A stretch of DNA of 64,000 bases from Octopus vulgaris (GCA_951406725.2 OX597833.1:21700001-21764000), one strand, 5' to 3'. Shown: positions 11,351 through 25,921, counted from the stretch's first letter. The notes: generated from the letters alone by a model not told the origin. Numbers and translations are program-made.

Positions 11351-12574
11351 GCCATAACCACTGTTAGAAAATCTTTATTCTGCTACTGACTTATTTCTAT
11401 GTTCTTTAACACAATAAGAGACACTATCTAAGGATGAACTACCTAAGTTAATTTGGCTTTCACTGAAGTATCTACTTTAAGTATGCTACACACATATTGC
11501 TACTTTAAACTAATACTATTTATGTTGTACATAATGATACACAAACACACACACATACTCACAATTATAGATTTATGTACACATACACACATGTTGGTGC
11601 AGCTTTTCTGCTTGCCAGCTATGGTCAAACCGTCCAACCTATGCCAGCATGGAGAACAGACGTTAAAGGACGATGATGATAGTGATGATGATGATAATGA
11701 TGATGATATATATAAATACACTTTATAACATATTATATCTATATCCATTTAGCTATATATATATGTGTGTGCACGTGCACGCATGTGTGTGTACGTATAT
11801 ATACATACACACACTCACATATACACATAAAAATAGTTAAGGTTTCAAAATTTATATCTATGATATATTTTACAAGCACTGCCTCAGGCAAAATACTCAA
11901 CACACGTACACACATATACACACACACACATGTGTGTGTGTGTGTATTGAATGCTTAGATATGCAACATTTAATGAGATTATGTAAACCATAAAAAGAAG
12001 GCAATGGAAGTAGGGTAAGGGGGGAAGGGTAAGGGGGGAATATGTCCTCTTAAGTAGGTAGACTAAGTTAAGAGTTGTCTGGCTTTCTAGAATACACAGC
12101 TGCAATCTATCTACCTATCTATCTATCTATCTGTCTATATGTCTGTCTGTCTATCTTTCTATCTAGTATGTGTGTGTGTATGCATCTTTATATACCTACC
12201 TCTGTATCTTATTAAGACTGTTGTATATCACCAGGGCATTTTGTGGTTCAATGGCAAACATACATTTCTCTCCTTTTTCCTTCTTTCTCTCACTTCATAC
12301 AGACACATACACACACATACTGTCATGCATATATACATAGACACATCATCATCATCATCATCATCCTTTAACATCTCTTTTCCATGCTGGCAAGGGTTGG
12401 ATTGTTTCACCAGAGCTGGCAAACTGGGGAGCAGCACAAGGTCCCAGTTTGGTTTCTATGGCTGGATGACCTTCTTAAGTCAACCACTTTGCAGTGTGTG
12501 CCGGGTGCTTCTAAAGTGGCACCAGATTGAGTACTTTTACATTGTACTACTTGCGCAATATATTGTTGTTGTTT

Positions 12575-12864
12575 ATGCCTCCTCACGCCATGCCTGGCTC
12601 ATAAGGGCCGGTTTCCCAGTTTCATTAGCATATAGGTTTCCCACCAGGACGGGACGCCGGCCCATCGCAGGTGAGCTACTACATGCAAGAGAAAAGAATG
12701 AGAGAAAGTTGTGGTGAAAGAGTCAGCAGGGGTTTGCCATTAATTTCTGCTGGATCCACGTGGAGCTTAGGTCTTTCTCTCATAAACACACACATCACCC
12801 AGTCTGAGATTCGAACCCACGATCCCACAACCAGGACTCTAACCACTAGGCCATGTGCCTCTAC
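12575..12864 (-). mobile_element. V-domain-like tRNA SINE
   Basis: Minus-strand GAGGCACATGGCCTAGTGGTTAG head and CCTGCGATGGGCCGGCGTCCCGTCC. Confidence 0.75.
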
Positions 12865-12881
12865 TTGCACAATATATATTT

Positions 12882-13290
12882 ATGAGTTCAGCAAAAATTT
12901 AGATTCAGATGAATATGGTACCTAAGTTGAGGCACCAGAATTTAGTACGGTATTATCCATACAATTTCAAAATAAGGTTTATTAGAATCAAAATAAGCAA
13001 CAAGGATATCCAGAGGTAATGCAGTACGATCGTTTTGCACAACTCCATTTAATTGAACAATCTAACCATTACATCAATTTAAATGCAGAACAATCCTCAG
13101 CTGCACAAAGACATAGAATTTAATTAAATTAAAACAGATGGACACATTAGTATAATTTTACCTAAAATTTCCAAGAAGTTAAGGAGATAAACAAAGAACA
13201 TGCTGCCTTCACTTCCACTTAGAAGCTACAATATAACTTATATTGGTTTCAGCCATTATCGGCCCAAGCCATGACTAGCTCAATAGCACC
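12882..13290 (-). mobile_element. PLE pseudo-LTR-like element (family D) with decayed hammerhead at 13020-13105
   Basis: Homologous to 50253-50699. Reverse complement reads TGCAG-CTGAGGA...GCAAAACGATCGT-A-CTGCA, with GAAA mutated to AAAA. Confidence 0.7.
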
Positions 13291-13666
13291 ACCTATATAT
13301 ATAAAATTATCGACTTCACTTAATATCAGTTTTTCCATGCTGTCATGGGTTGGATGGCTGACAGGAACTGACTAGTCAGAGGACTGCATCAAGCTCTTCT
13401 GTCAGCTTTGGCATGGTTTCTATGGCTGGATGCCCTTCCTAAAGCCAACCACTTTACAGAGTGTGCTGGATGCATTTTACATGGCATCAGCACTGGTGAG
13501 GTCACCAAGGTATATGTAAGGCAAAGACAAAAACCCTGAACTGAAGGAGGAATAGTTGTGAAAGGGGTGGCTTTGTGGCAGGTGATGAGAGATTAAGCTA
13601 TGATGGAGAGACAGAAAGGAGTATCTTGCTGCAGTAGAGATACAGGGCTATTCCAGTCAGAGGTCG

Positions 13667-13704
<38 letters not shown>

Positions 13705-14101
13705 GGATAGACAGACAGACAGACAAAGGAAAAGAGGATGGGGATGAAGATGTGCCAGGGTGAGTACCCTCATGGTAGAGGGTGGTGGATGCTAAGTAGA
13801 AAGGTACAGAGTATTGGACAGAGTGAGAGAAAGTAGGGAGTTCACGAGAGTGTAGAAGGTAAGGAAAGGGAATGCAGTGAGAATAGAGAGAGAGAGAGAG
13901 AGAGAGATATGACAAAGCAGTGTTGGGGTGTGGGTGGAAGTGTAGTATATTTACAAAATGTAGTTTGGTTGATTGGCAGGTTGGGGTGGGTGGGCGGGCG
14001 GGTGGAGATTAACATAATGTGTGGCAGAGAGCACAGAACACAGTTCTTCCAGAATTCAGTTTTGTTGAGGTGGGTGGGTCTTCTCAGGCACCTCATATCA
14101 C

Positions 14102-14154
14102 CAGACATCTCAGTCCATGACATATATGTGTGTGTGTGTGTGTGTGTGTGTATG

Positions 14155-14224
<70 letters not shown>

Positions 14225-14229
14225 ATATA

Positions 14230-14271
<42 letters not shown>

Positions 14272-14316
14272 TATACATATATATATGTATATATATATAT
14301 ATATATATATACATAC

Positions 14317-14368
<52 letters not shown>

Positions 14369-14450
14369 TTACATACATACACATATGTATGATGCCAAAT
14401 TTAGAAGCAGACATGTATACACACACACACACACGCACGCACACACATAA
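14102..14450. repeat. Compound (TG)n/(TA)n/(CA)n microsatellite
   Basis: Directly visible. It is the source of the YIYIYI ORFs. Confidence 0.95.
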
Positions 14451-14961
14451 ATTGTCACATGCACCAACACACACGTGTGCACACATGTACAATCACATGT
14501 CTACTCGCAGACACTCACTGACACACATATGGTGACCCAGGCGGTGTGTGTGTGTGTGTGTGTGTGTGTTTTATCAGCCAACCTATCTATCTCCCTTAGT
14601 ACAAGACATTGGAGCACGGTCCATACATGCACAGACACACACAGACACATGTAATCAATCTATCAAGCACAAGTCATAATAGTACACAGACAAACATATA
14701 TGTGCGTGTATGTGTGCGTGTGTACGTGTGTGTGTATATATATATATATATATATTCTTTTATTTGTTTCAGTCATTTGACTGTGGTCATGCTGGAGCAC
14801 TGCCTTTAGTCAAACAAATCGACTCCAGGACTTTTTCTTTGTAAACCTAGAACTTGTTTTATCGGTCTCTTTTGCCGAACTGCTAAGTTACAGAGATGTA
14901 AACACACCAACATCAGTTGTCAAGCAATGTTGGGGGTACAAACACAGACACATACATACAT

Positions 14962-15193
14962 ACGGCACGTAAAAAGCACCATCCGATCGTGGCCGTTTGC
15001 CAGCCTTGTCTGGCATGTAAAAAGCACCCACTACACTCACTGAGTGGTTGGCGCTATGAAGGGCATCCAGCCGTAGAAACATTGCCAGATCAGACTGGGC
15101 CTGGTGCAGCCTTCTGGCTTCCCAGACCCCTGTTGAACCGTCCAACCCATGCTAGCATGGAAAGTGGACGCTAAACGATGATGATGATGATGA
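14962..15193 (+). mobile_element. (GAT)n-tailed non-autonomous retroelement copy
   Basis: GAAGGGCATCCAGCCGTAGAAAC...GGACGCTAAACGATGATGATG. Confidence 0.8.
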
Positions 15194-15195
15194 TA

Positions 15196-15568
15196 CAAGG
15201 TGATTCAAAGGGCGCCATACACAGGAACAATTTATCTTTTTTATAAGAAACAGTTTATAAGAAAAGTTTTTTTTCTATTTAACAGGCTCTATATGGTTAT
15301 CATTGTTTTGAGTACACATTGCAATACGTTTACCCCACTCATTGTGAACTCTTAATAGCACATCTGGTGATACGAGTGCAAATGAGTTGGTGATGTGTTC
15401 CTTCAAATGCTTTCTCTTTTATCTTTCTGCGATACACCATGCCTTTCGAATGCCCCCAAAGATAGAAATCAAGAGGGGTCAAATCAGGGGATCTAGGGAG
15501 TCTTATAAACTGCTTCTTATAAAAGTCCCTAAAACTTATTGCTCCCTCTTCTCTCCTGGGCCACACTA
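15196..15568 (-). mobile_element. Tc1/mariner transposase C-terminal remnant with right end
   Basis: Minus ORF 15339-15566 contains PRSPDLTPLDFYLWGHSKGMVY, the third catalytic motif region. A TA-CAAGGTG terminus lies at 15194-15202. Confidence 0.85.
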
Positions 15569-15923
15569 CTAACCTCTATATCTGGGTGTGTGTATGCTTG
15601 TGTCCTTGAGTATGGGTATGGTGGAGAGCAGTGCAAGGGGAAGGAAGGGCTGATGATGATAATGGAAAGTTTTGTAAGATAACATGCATTCTATCAAGAT
15701 TACTCTAACTCTCAAACAGTACACACACACACACATGGGTGCAGGCATGGTTGTGTGGTAAGAAGCTTGCTTCCCAACCACATGGTTCCGGGTTCAGTTT
15801 CGCTACGCAGTACCTTGGGTAAATGTCTTCTATTATAACCTTGGGCCAACCAAAGTCCTGTGAGTGGATTTGGTAGATGGAAACTGAAAGAAGCTTGTTC
15901 TACACACACACACACACACACAT

Positions 15924-16275
15924 TTGTTTCAGTCATTTGACTGTGGCTATGCTGGAGCACCACCTTAAGTCAAGCAAATTGACCCCAAGAATTATTCTTT
16001 GTAAGCCTACCACTAAGTGACAGGGACATAAATGCACCGACATTGGTTATCAAATACACACACTTTGGAACAAATACACACACACACACACAAATGTGTG
16101 TGTGTGTGTGTGTATTTGTTCCACCCTCACCATTGCTTGATAACCAATGTCGGTGCATTTATGTCCCTGTCACTTAGTGGTAGGCTTACAAAGAATAATT
16201 CTTGGGGTCAATTTGCTTGACTAAAACCCATCAAGATGGTGCTCCAGCATAGCCACAGTCAAATGACTGAAACAA
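15924..16275. repeat. Palindromic inverted duplication of a CORE-like SINE tail
   Basis: 15924-16053 is reverse-complementary to 16137-16275, with the centre at CACACA-AA-TGTGTG (~16092). Confidence 0.9.
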
Positions 16276-16599
16276 GTAAAAGAATAAATGCTCTTCCAAT
16301 GTCTATATATACATGTATATACCATCATCATCACCAACATCATTGTTTTAATGTCCACTTTTCCATGCTTGTATGGGTCAGATGAAATTCACTGCGGCAG
16401 ACATTTTCTACAGCTGGATGCCCTTCATGTCACTAACCTTCATCTTTTCCTAAGCAAGGTAATATGTCCCCTAATCCAACAGTGCAATGGCTAGACATGT
16501 TTTAATGGAAGATTGCAAACAAATAACACTGCTTGTATGATGGTGACATTCGCTTATTCCATTTTATCTGGAGATATTGAGACCAAGGAAGTAACCTGC

Positions 16600-16900
16600 C
16601 CAGCATAAGTTGAAACTTGAAGCATATCTAACATGGATTCTCCTTATTTGCTGGAGCAGGTTACTACCATCTTTATTTCTCTGAGAAACTGCACATATTG
16701 CCATAAGCTGCTGTATCTTTTAACAGGAAGACTGAACTTTCATACTGTTGCCATCAACAGAGCTCTCTATTAGCAAATTTGAAATTATTAGTTGATAAAA
16801 CTGTTTCATTAATCTTTACTGAAACTTCACTGATATTTTTTACTAGAATTTCTAATGAAAGCCACAAAGACTATTTTTTTAATCATTTCTATCAGGGCTG
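16600..16900 (-). mobile_element. Highly decayed LINE reverse-transcriptase fragment
   Basis: Minus strand encodes TNNFKFAN, resembling the I.NLRFADD motif, followed by KMVV-like text. It has many frameshifts. Confidence 0.35.
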
Positions 16901-17600
16901 TCATCTCATTCATCATCTACGTACACAGTATGTAGCTACTACTACAATATCTTAGTGGTCATCTACCAGTTGTCCAAATACTTGTTCCGTTGCAAAATAC
17001 AGACCGACTACTAAGAATGATCTTTGTACATCATTTAACGACGATAACCTTTCTTTAGAGCTTGTGGATGCTCCAGCAATTAGAACCACAAACTCTGAAT
17101 AATTAGACAACTCTGAATAATTAGACATAATTAGAAACTTTGAGTAATGCAGATTTCAGTAAAGAAATTACTATTAGAAACAACCCCAACCCCACCACCA
17201 CACACACATATGAGAATTGAATAAAAGAATGTATTTTCCAATATTTTTGGCAACCAATCATATCTCAATGACTAACCATATCAATGCACTCGTGAATATT
17301 TTTGCTTATATTATGTCATGCTGCTTCCTCTTTTCCAATCTTTTTGAATAATCATAATTAGCAACGCAATTCAAGAAACTTCAGCTTCCAGCTCAGACAG
17401 CTACATGTGTGTGTGTGTGTGTGTGTTTGTAAATTGTCTCATAGGGTGGGGTAGAGATAACTTGTAACTTGAAGACACCACTAGAACTGGGTGAAGAGAA
17501 CAAAGAATGAAATCTTTGAAGTTATCAAGATCTGCAAGAGACTTTTAAGAGGGTGAGACCATAAAGCTAAGACAGTCTTTTTCTTCTATTCCTTTTTATT

Positions 17601-17682
<82 letters not shown>

Positions 17683-18062
17683 CACATATTTGTTATCATT
17701 ATTTCTTTTTTTTTTTTTGGTAACAAGAAGGGAAAGCAGGTCAGAAAAGGGGAGGAGGTGGAATGGGAGACATATTACACAAGTGCTTTCTGAAGACACT
17801 GCACACACATACAAAACTGTATACACATAAGAAATACACATACATGCATAAACACGAATACACTCTCACAGACACAGATGCATTCACATACACACACACA
17901 AACAACCAGTGTGTGTGTATCTGTGTGTGTGTGTGTGCTCTTTTCTTTTCTTCACCATCTGTTTAGCAAAGTATTAGGAGGAAGAACTCACAATGTAAGG
18001 AAGAAGGCCAGACAGCTGAAACCATATCTCAGCTGATAGCCAGAAAGAGACAGACTGAAGCA

Positions 18063-18104
<42 letters not shown>

Positions 18105-19407
18105 ACACACTCACTCACTCTCAGATATACGCACACACACACACACACACACTCACACACAACATTGTATTAAGTGTTCTATCTCTAGCTATAGCACCCC
18201 ACTTCAGACTAAAGGAAGTCTTGTGGTTGTTGCAATACACACAGACATACAGACTAGCTGACACTCAAAGACACTTTAGAAGTTATAAAGGAAAACCCTC
18301 GAAGACAAAAAAAAAAAATCATAAAAATAAAAACAATAAAACAAAAGTAAACTGTGCTTCACTCAGAGAAGGGAAATCCCCTCCAGAGAAGCGCTCGTGT
18401 GTCTTTTGGATTTAGTAACAGAAGAATTTTGGCAAACCAAAAAAATATTATTATTATTATGGGAGCAGGCAATGCTGTGTGGTAAGAAGCTTGCTTCCCT
18501 ACCACTTATGAGTTCCATCCTACTGTGTGGCACCTTGGGCAAGTGTCTTCTACTATAGCCTCAGGCTGACCAAAGCCTTGTGAATGGATTTCATAGACAG
18601 AAACTGAAAGAACCTTGTCGTGTGTGTGTGTTTGAGTTTGCATGCGCACATGTCTTTGTGTCTGTGTTTGTTTCCCACCACAACTTGACAACCAGTGTTG
18701 GTGTGTTTACATCCCTGTAATGTAGCAGTTCGGCAAAAGAGAGAGAGAGAGAGAATAAATACCAGGCTTTAAAAGAAAAAAAACATTTAAGTACTGGGGT
18801 ATAGTAATGAAGTGGGTGGAAGTAAGATAGATGGACAGGAGCAGGGGTCTTGCTAAAGATGTGAATGCATGGCTTGCCCCATCTGGAAAGTGAGAGGAAT
18901 GGTGAGGGTGAGGGAGTACCCTCAAGGTACAAGGTGGATATGAGAGCGAGAACTGGGGTCGGGGAATAGAAAAGGTAAGTGGGTAGGGAATTGTGCAAGA
19001 GTGAAAAGAATGTGACAAATGATTAGAGATGGGGTTAGGGGTGGACACAGTGAATATCAGTTTGGGGGCGGGGAATTAAAGGAAATAGGGTCGGGGGGGG
19101 GGGGTCAGTGAACAAGTCACACTCTCTTTGTGTTTATAATGGATTGATGCTCTCTCTCCACAAATTTCTAGCCTTGTGTTGTCTAATTTAGAATGAAATA
19201 TTATAAGTGCCCTGATCCTCCAATCTGTGGCAGTTTCTTTTCACTGAGTAGCATGATGTTGGCTGTGTTGCTGCTCCACACCACAAATTACCATTGCATG
19301 TTGTAATAAATGCAAAGGTCATCAATAAGGCAAAGATGTGCTTACATGCATGCAGCTGTGGGCTGGGAATTGCAAGTTGGTCATTCAACCAATCATATGT
19401 TGCAAAT

Positions 19408-19605
19408 CTACATGTCACAAGGTTCACAGACAACAGGTGGACCCATGCAGTTGCTGAGTGGTATCCAAGAAATTGGAAAAGGTCACTTGGAAAGCCTCCA
19501 CAATGATGAGAAGGATCAAGATGGAAAAGAATGGAGCAATCAAGACAGAATTGGAATCGCATAGTGACTAGTGTGGTATAACAGCATCTGATGGTCTGGC
19601 TGATA
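19408..19605 (+). mobile_element. RTE-clade LINE 3' remnant
   Basis: HVTRFTDNRWTHAVAEWYPRNWKRSLGKPPQ matches the RTE C-terminal GHV.R..D.RW....EW.PR..KR..GRP pattern. Its 3' tail resembles the reverse complement of 33402-33519. Confidence 0.75.
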
Positions 19606-20055
19606 CTGTACTGTGAAAGCTGACCTGAGAGCTACACAACAACAAGAATATGAGGAAGCCTCTTTGTGACCATTTAGCAGCAAGAAATAGCAGCCAAGTC
19701 ACTCTCAAGTCAAAGCCTTGTATCTTTAATAAAGATGTATACATTCCTGACACTCATGAAAAAGGGTCAGTCTGTTCATGGGTAAAATGCCTTTGATCAT
19801 AGGTGTGTTTGATCAGAGCAAACCTGGGGTTAAACAACAACAGCAATAAAAAGTATCATAGACAACAACAATACTTGGTTTCGCCTTTCATTCAAAAAGC
19901 ACCTTGTACGTATACTGCAAGGTGGTGGGCATTAGGAAGGTCATCTAACTATAAGTAACCACGGTAAAACAGATAATGGAGCCCAAAACAGTCTTGCAGA
20001 TTGCAGGACCCTGTTGAAACATTTGACCCATACAAGTTGGTGGAGGTGGTGGTGG

Positions 20056-20093
<38 letters not shown>

Positions 20094-20094
20094 T

Positions 20095-20128
<34 letters not shown>

Positions 20129-20350
20129 ATACACACAACACCACACCACACAGAAACACGCACTGAGACCAATCCTCCTCATGTTGTAACATAGTTTATA
20201 GTTAAAATTCACAGAAACATACAAACACGATTCCTTGTTGACATTTCTAGTCCATTGTTAGATACAAGGATTGTTAGATCTCTAACACCAGTTTGTCGTA
20301 ACAAACATTGATTGTTACAAAACATGCATGTATGTAGGTGTGCATGTGGA

Positions 20351-20385
<35 letters not shown>

Positions 20386-20407
20386 TAGATAGATAGATAG
20401 ACAGACA

Positions 20408-20463
<56 letters not shown>

Positions 20464-20583
20464 CACACATGCATATATCATAAGTATGTATATGTGTAGG
20501 ATAAAGAGTGTATCTGTGTATGTGAATGTGTTTGTGAACATATGTGTGTGGTTTTGTGGTGTTTGTGGATATGCATATGAAGC

Positions 20584-20622
<39 letters not shown>

Positions 20623-20982
20623 GAGCAAAATGCACCCTGTCCAATGGGTGGTGCTGAGTTGTCAAACATTTAAACCAAATTTTCTCAAAACAACTTGTCT
20701 GACCGTCCCATAGGCCTCCCCTCTTAGAAACACTGATTTAACCTAAATTTCAGACGCCAGCAAAAGAAGAAATAAAGATAGACTTTTTTTCTATTCCAAA
20801 GAAAATGATTTCCCACGGCTTTATCGATTGCATTCTCACCTGGAATCGACTTTTGTAATTTTTTCAAGAGTTATACATGCCCTGGTACTGTCGGTATCTA
20901 CATATCAAATTTGAGCGCAGTTGGATGGAGGGTTTCCAAGATCCTAGAAGCTACACACACGGAACGGATTTTATATAAGAGA

Positions 20983-21033
<51 letters not shown>

Positions 21034-21143
21034 AAATTCAGGGTGAATACTTGATAAGTGTAAGCACCTGTATATGCCAGCTAGTAGCAGAGGTGAGAGG
21101 GTATATGCATCAAATGAAATAAAAAGCAGAACACAAAGATGTC

Positions 21144-21235
21144 ACAGTACACGTGTTTCAGGCTTTATAAAACAACCTATTCTTACATCAATGTATAATC
21201 GACATAACAGATGGTTTAAAGCTCTCTTCAGCCGC
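21144..21235 (-). ncRNA. Type I hammerhead motif with long helix II insert (family E)
   Basis: Reverse complement reads GCGG-CTGAAGA-GAGCTTTA...TAAAGCCT-GAA-ACACGTGT-A-CTGT. The host element (~21030-21280) lies between (TA)n runs. Confidence 0.75.
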
Positions 21236-21504
21236 ATGCAATTACTATACCAAAGACTTACATCACATTATGAAATTTCATATATATATGAAAAAAGATG
21301 GAAGAATGAAAGAACGAAAAAAGAAAGAAGGGAAGAAAGGAAGAATGAAAGATGAGAAAGAAAGGAAAGGTGGATGTCTGAGTGATAATGTTCGTCCATT
21401 CATAATAAATGAAAATAATAAGTTCGACTATAGAGTAACTTCTTTAAGGAGTATATCTATGCAGGGATACCGGAGTACATCCATGCAGGATGCATCACCT
21501 CAGA

Positions 21505-21672
21505 CTGTATTTCATCTGTCTTTACATTCTGAGTTCAAATTCCGCCAAGGTCGACTTTGCCTTTCATCCTTTCGGAGTCAATAAATTAAGTACCAGTTGC
21601 GTACTGGGGCCAATCTAATCGACTGGCCACCTCCCCAAAAATTATGGGCCTTGTGCCTAGAGTAAAAAAGAA
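21505..21672 (+). mobile_element. Meta-domain-like SINE (5'-truncated)
   Basis: GAGTTCAAATTCCGCCAAGGTCGACTTTGCCTTTCATCCTTTCGG...GGGCCTTGTGCCTAGAG. Confidence 0.8.
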
Positions 21673-22332
21673 TGTGTGTGTGTATGTATGTAACCAATGA
21701 CACCTCTCTTAGTACAAACCAAATTATGCCATGTCACGTGCCCACAAAGCTAGTTCACTGAGTGGCCACAGGTGGCATTAGTGTTGTCTTAAGCAGAGCC
21801 TGTTGCATCGTTTCATAGTAGACAGAGTGTATATAACTAAAATGTGAGTAGTGCTATAGTGTAGAATAATCAACTTACATGTTGAAGTTTGTTTGTTTGC
21901 TTGTGTGTGTGTCTGTGTGTGTGTTTGCGTCTGTGTGCATGCACATAGACATGCTCACACATATGCATACACATACACACGCACATAATTTGTTAAAAGA
22001 GAGGAACTTTGTGGAGGCATAACATGCATATATAAAGACAGATACTCAGACAGATTGGCAGACAGAGGAAGACAGATACAGACAGACAGGTACTCAAACA
22101 GACAGATTGACTGATAGACAAACAGGTAAGGCAAACAGACAGACAGACAGACAGACAAATAGATAGACAGACATAAAGATAGATAGAATAGACAGATAAA
22201 TAGTTAGATAGATACACAGACAGGAAGACAGACACAGACAGATAGACAAATAGTTAGCTAGACATAAAGATAAATAGATAGATAGATAGATAGGCAGATA
22301 GATCGATAGATAGACAGACAGACAGATAGCTA

Positions 22333-22386
<54 letters not shown>

Positions 22387-22816
22387 AAAGAGAAGAATAA
22401 GTAAGGAGTTAGGCAGGTATGTAGATGTGTGGGTGGGCAATAAATTTACAGGGTGGAGTGTAGGTATGCGCATACGCAGTTGACATAGGAAGATTAGTAA
22501 GAACGTAGGTGGGTAACAATGCAGGGTGGTTATGCGGATGTGCACGAAGATAAGTGGTAAAGTAAATAGACAGTAGTGCACGTAGGTGGATAGGAAAAGT
22601 TAAAGGTGAGATATTCACAGAGGGATAGGTAAGAAGCTAAACAAACAAAAAGATATACATAGGTAGGTAGGTAGGTAGGTGGGTAGGTGGATAGATGGGT
22701 AGGTAGGTAGGTATGATGTGCACAGCAGTGTCATGTGCAATGCAGGTACATTGGTTAAATGAGTTGGAAGTAAATTCAGAGACACATGGTAGCTTGTGTT
22801 TTGCAGTGATAAGTTA

Positions 22817-23319
22817 CCGTAAATCCTCGAGTATAATCCGCACTTTTTTCCCCAAAATTTAAAGGTCAAAATCCCTAGTGGGATTATACACGAGGTTAAA
22901 TATGAAAATTATTTTCTAAGCAAGTCTATTTTGCTGTCCGGCAATGTTTATTCAGACGCATTTTGTGATGTCAGGTGCAAAAATACCTTAAGCTAAGCCT
23001 GAAAGCAATGAAGTCATAAAAGAATCATCCATAACTTGCAGTAAGCAACATTTATTAAACGTTATTACTGTTATTTCTTTATTTTCTGCAAACAAAATGC
23101 ACAGAAAAGCTACACGTTTGCATTATGTTATATATACAATAATAATAAAGGATGTTACCATATACATTTTTACAAACCAAGGACGTTATATAGACCTTCT
23201 TGACCCAAGTTAGAGAAGGGGTGCGTATTATACACAAGGTTTAGGTTTTTCAGAGGTACAGCCCCCTAAAAATCCCTGTGTATTATACTCAAGGGCAGTC
23301 TATACTCGAGGATTTACGG
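22817..23319. mobile_element. Tc2/pogo-like MITE
   Basis: Perfect TIRs CCGTAAATCCTCGAGTATA / TATACTCGAGGATTTACGG with TA on both sides (22815-16 and 23320-21). No ORF. Confidence 0.9.
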
Positions 23320-23587
23320 TAGTTAATTAATTGGCTAGCAGGAAGGTCTGATGAGTTCGTTTGTCACGAGGAGTGAATGTAATGTCATGTTTTGAGATTT
23401 CGTCTTTTGCATGAAAGTGAGGAAATGAGGAAAACTAGACATATATGTTGGTAAAATTGTGTGGGCGCTCACGCACACGTGTGTGTGAGTGTGTCTGAAT
23501 TAAGCAAAAATGAGTCAAGAGAAATAATTTAGTGTGGCCAGTTGAATGAATTTAGGCAACAATGATTAATAAAAGTATATTGTTTCT

Positions 23588-24066
23588 AGAATAAGAATAG
23601 GTTGGAGGAAGTTCAGCGAGCCATTACCTCTGTTAGCAACAAGAGGACCGTCTCAGAGTAAAAGGTAGACTGTATGATGCTTGTGTATGAATGGCCATAC
23701 TCTATGGTAGTGAGACATGGGCTTTGAATGTAAAGGATATGTGAAAACTGGAGAGAAATGAAGGCAGTATGCTTCATTGGATGTACAACAAAGTACAAAT
23801 GTATTTAGAGAAATTTTGGGCATAAGAGGAATCAAATGCAGCATGCAAGAGAGAAGAGTATGTTGGTTTGGACATGTGATGAGTATGAATGAGGACAGCT
23901 GCATAAAGAAGGGTTGATCACTGAAAGTGGATGGTACCCATGGAAGAGAGAGACCCAGGAAGTCATGGGATGAAGTGGTAAGGACTGATCTCAGGATGTT
24001 GGGACTCACAGAGAAAATTACAATGGACCAAGATGTCTGGCGATATGAGGTTCTTTTGAAAACCCA
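23588..24066 (+). mobile_element. RTE-clade LINE 3' fragment (pseudogenised ORF)
   Basis: Across frameshifts it translates to RIGWRKF...RVKGRLYDACV..AILYGSETWALN...LERNE...QERRVCWFGHVMSM...GRERPRKSWDEVVRTDL. Confidence 0.9.
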
Positions 24067-25868
24067 CCCACATCAGTGAAACTGAGTTCTTGAAGCACTG
24101 TGAGTCCCACCCACACTTAAGAAATCTTCTCACACACCCTACCACAACAAACCAAACTGCATCTCTACATCTCTTCTCTTCCTCACATTTCCACTTCATG
24201 CACTATGCTTACCTCCCACTTCTGAATCCTGTCCTCTTGGCCCTGTTTCACTGTATCATTGCTATCCACTAGCCCCACCGACCTGTGTTCCACCCACAGG
24301 TAACAAGAAAACTTTTCACACACCTTTTCTTCCTCACATTTCCTGCTTCATACACAGGCTTCTTTCAGTTTCCGTCAACCAAATCCACTCACAAGGCTTT
24401 GGTCGACCCAAGGCTAAAGTAGAAAACACTTGCCCAAGGTGCCACACAGTGGGACTGAACCTGGAACCATGTGGTTCGTAAGCAAGCTACTTACCACACA
24501 GCCACTCTGCAGACCCCCCCCCCCCGTTTACTATTTTGCTTGTGTGGACCCCAAAATCTTATAATGGAGCCCCAGAAGCCATATGGATCCTGGTTGAGAA
24601 CCAGTGGCATAGAGGAAGTACAAACTGAGGAAGCAGTGTATGTGTGTGCGTACGCATGTGTGTGCGTACGTATGTGTGTGCGTACGCATGTGTGTGCGTA
24701 CGCATGTGTGTATGAGTGCGTGTATGTTGTAACCACACGCATAGAGATAAAAAGGATTTGCGGTGTATCTATATGACTTGTAGGTACATAGATAGGTATG
24801 CATGGGGCGGGGGTGGGGTATACAGGGTATATGGGTGTATGTTGCAGCGAGATGTCTAAATAGATGTCAATGTGACAGGAAGATGGATGAGTGGGAAGGA
24901 TAGGGGCAGTTGAGGTGGGAAGGATGGTATGGCAGTGAGGGTAGAGGATGGTGGCAGTGGGAGTGGAAGGAGGGTGGTGGGGTGGAAGGTATGGGGGGCG
25001 TGGAGGATAGGTGGCAGAGGGGGATGGGATGGTTGGAGGCAGTGGGGGCAGGGATGGAAGGGGTGTATCTTACAAATAGATGGCAAAGCACAACCATGTA
25101 GGATATGCTGCAGGGGGGTGGGAAGGTTAGTAACTGGAGAAATAGCTTTGGTGGGCAGGTCACTGGGAGGAGGAGTATGCGGTGGGGTGGGGTGGGTGGC
25201 TTGGTAGATGTCTGTGTATGCAAGTGTGTAGGGGTGGCACACGTGCATCAGTAAGTAAATGGAGGCAGGCAGCTAAAGAAGATGTAGAATGTACCAAGAT
25301 CATGGCAGGCAGGTAAGATTGACAGGTATGATAAGGTAGGTAGGTAGGTAAAGTAATGTAAGGTAAGCTTATGTGGCTGGTGAGGTAAGTATGTAGAGTG
25401 GCTGAGTGACCCAGTGGGTAATAGTTGCCAAGGTGGATTTAGACAAGGTTCTGTGAACTGGTCATTAGTGATTGGGTATAATTAAAAAACAGAGTGGGAG
25501 AAATGTATAAAAATGCATGAACCGATGTGCTGGTGGCATATAAGAACACTTGTTACATTCTAGGAGTGGTCAGCATTAGGAAGGGCATAGAATTGTAGAA
25601 ACCATGCCAAATTAGACTGGAACCTGGCGCAGCTCTCCATCTTACCAGTTCCAGTCAAACCATCTAACCCATGCCAGTATGGAAAGCCGATACTAAATGA
25701 TGATGATATATATATATCCATCTTGGGTCTTTTAGGTACCAATACCTCTCATGTGGCACCTTGGGCAAGTGTTTTCTACTATAGCTTCGGGTCAACCAAA
25801 GCCTTGTGAGTGGATTTGTTAGACGGAAACTGAAAGAAGCCCATCGTGTGTGTGTGTATATGTGTGTG

Positions 25869-25917
<49 letters not shown>

Positions 25918-25921
<4 letters not shown>

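Noticed and set aside
13909-14535. 208-aa and similar YIYI/HTHT/CVCV ORFs across the window
   Set aside because: They are translations of dinucleotide microsatellites.
17992-18025. Minus-strand first coding exon MVSAVWPSSLH with a GTGAGT donor; similarly MSEVQ at ~4877-4892
   Set aside because: A donor-like hexamer plus a short ATG frame is expected by chance, and there is no supporting homology.
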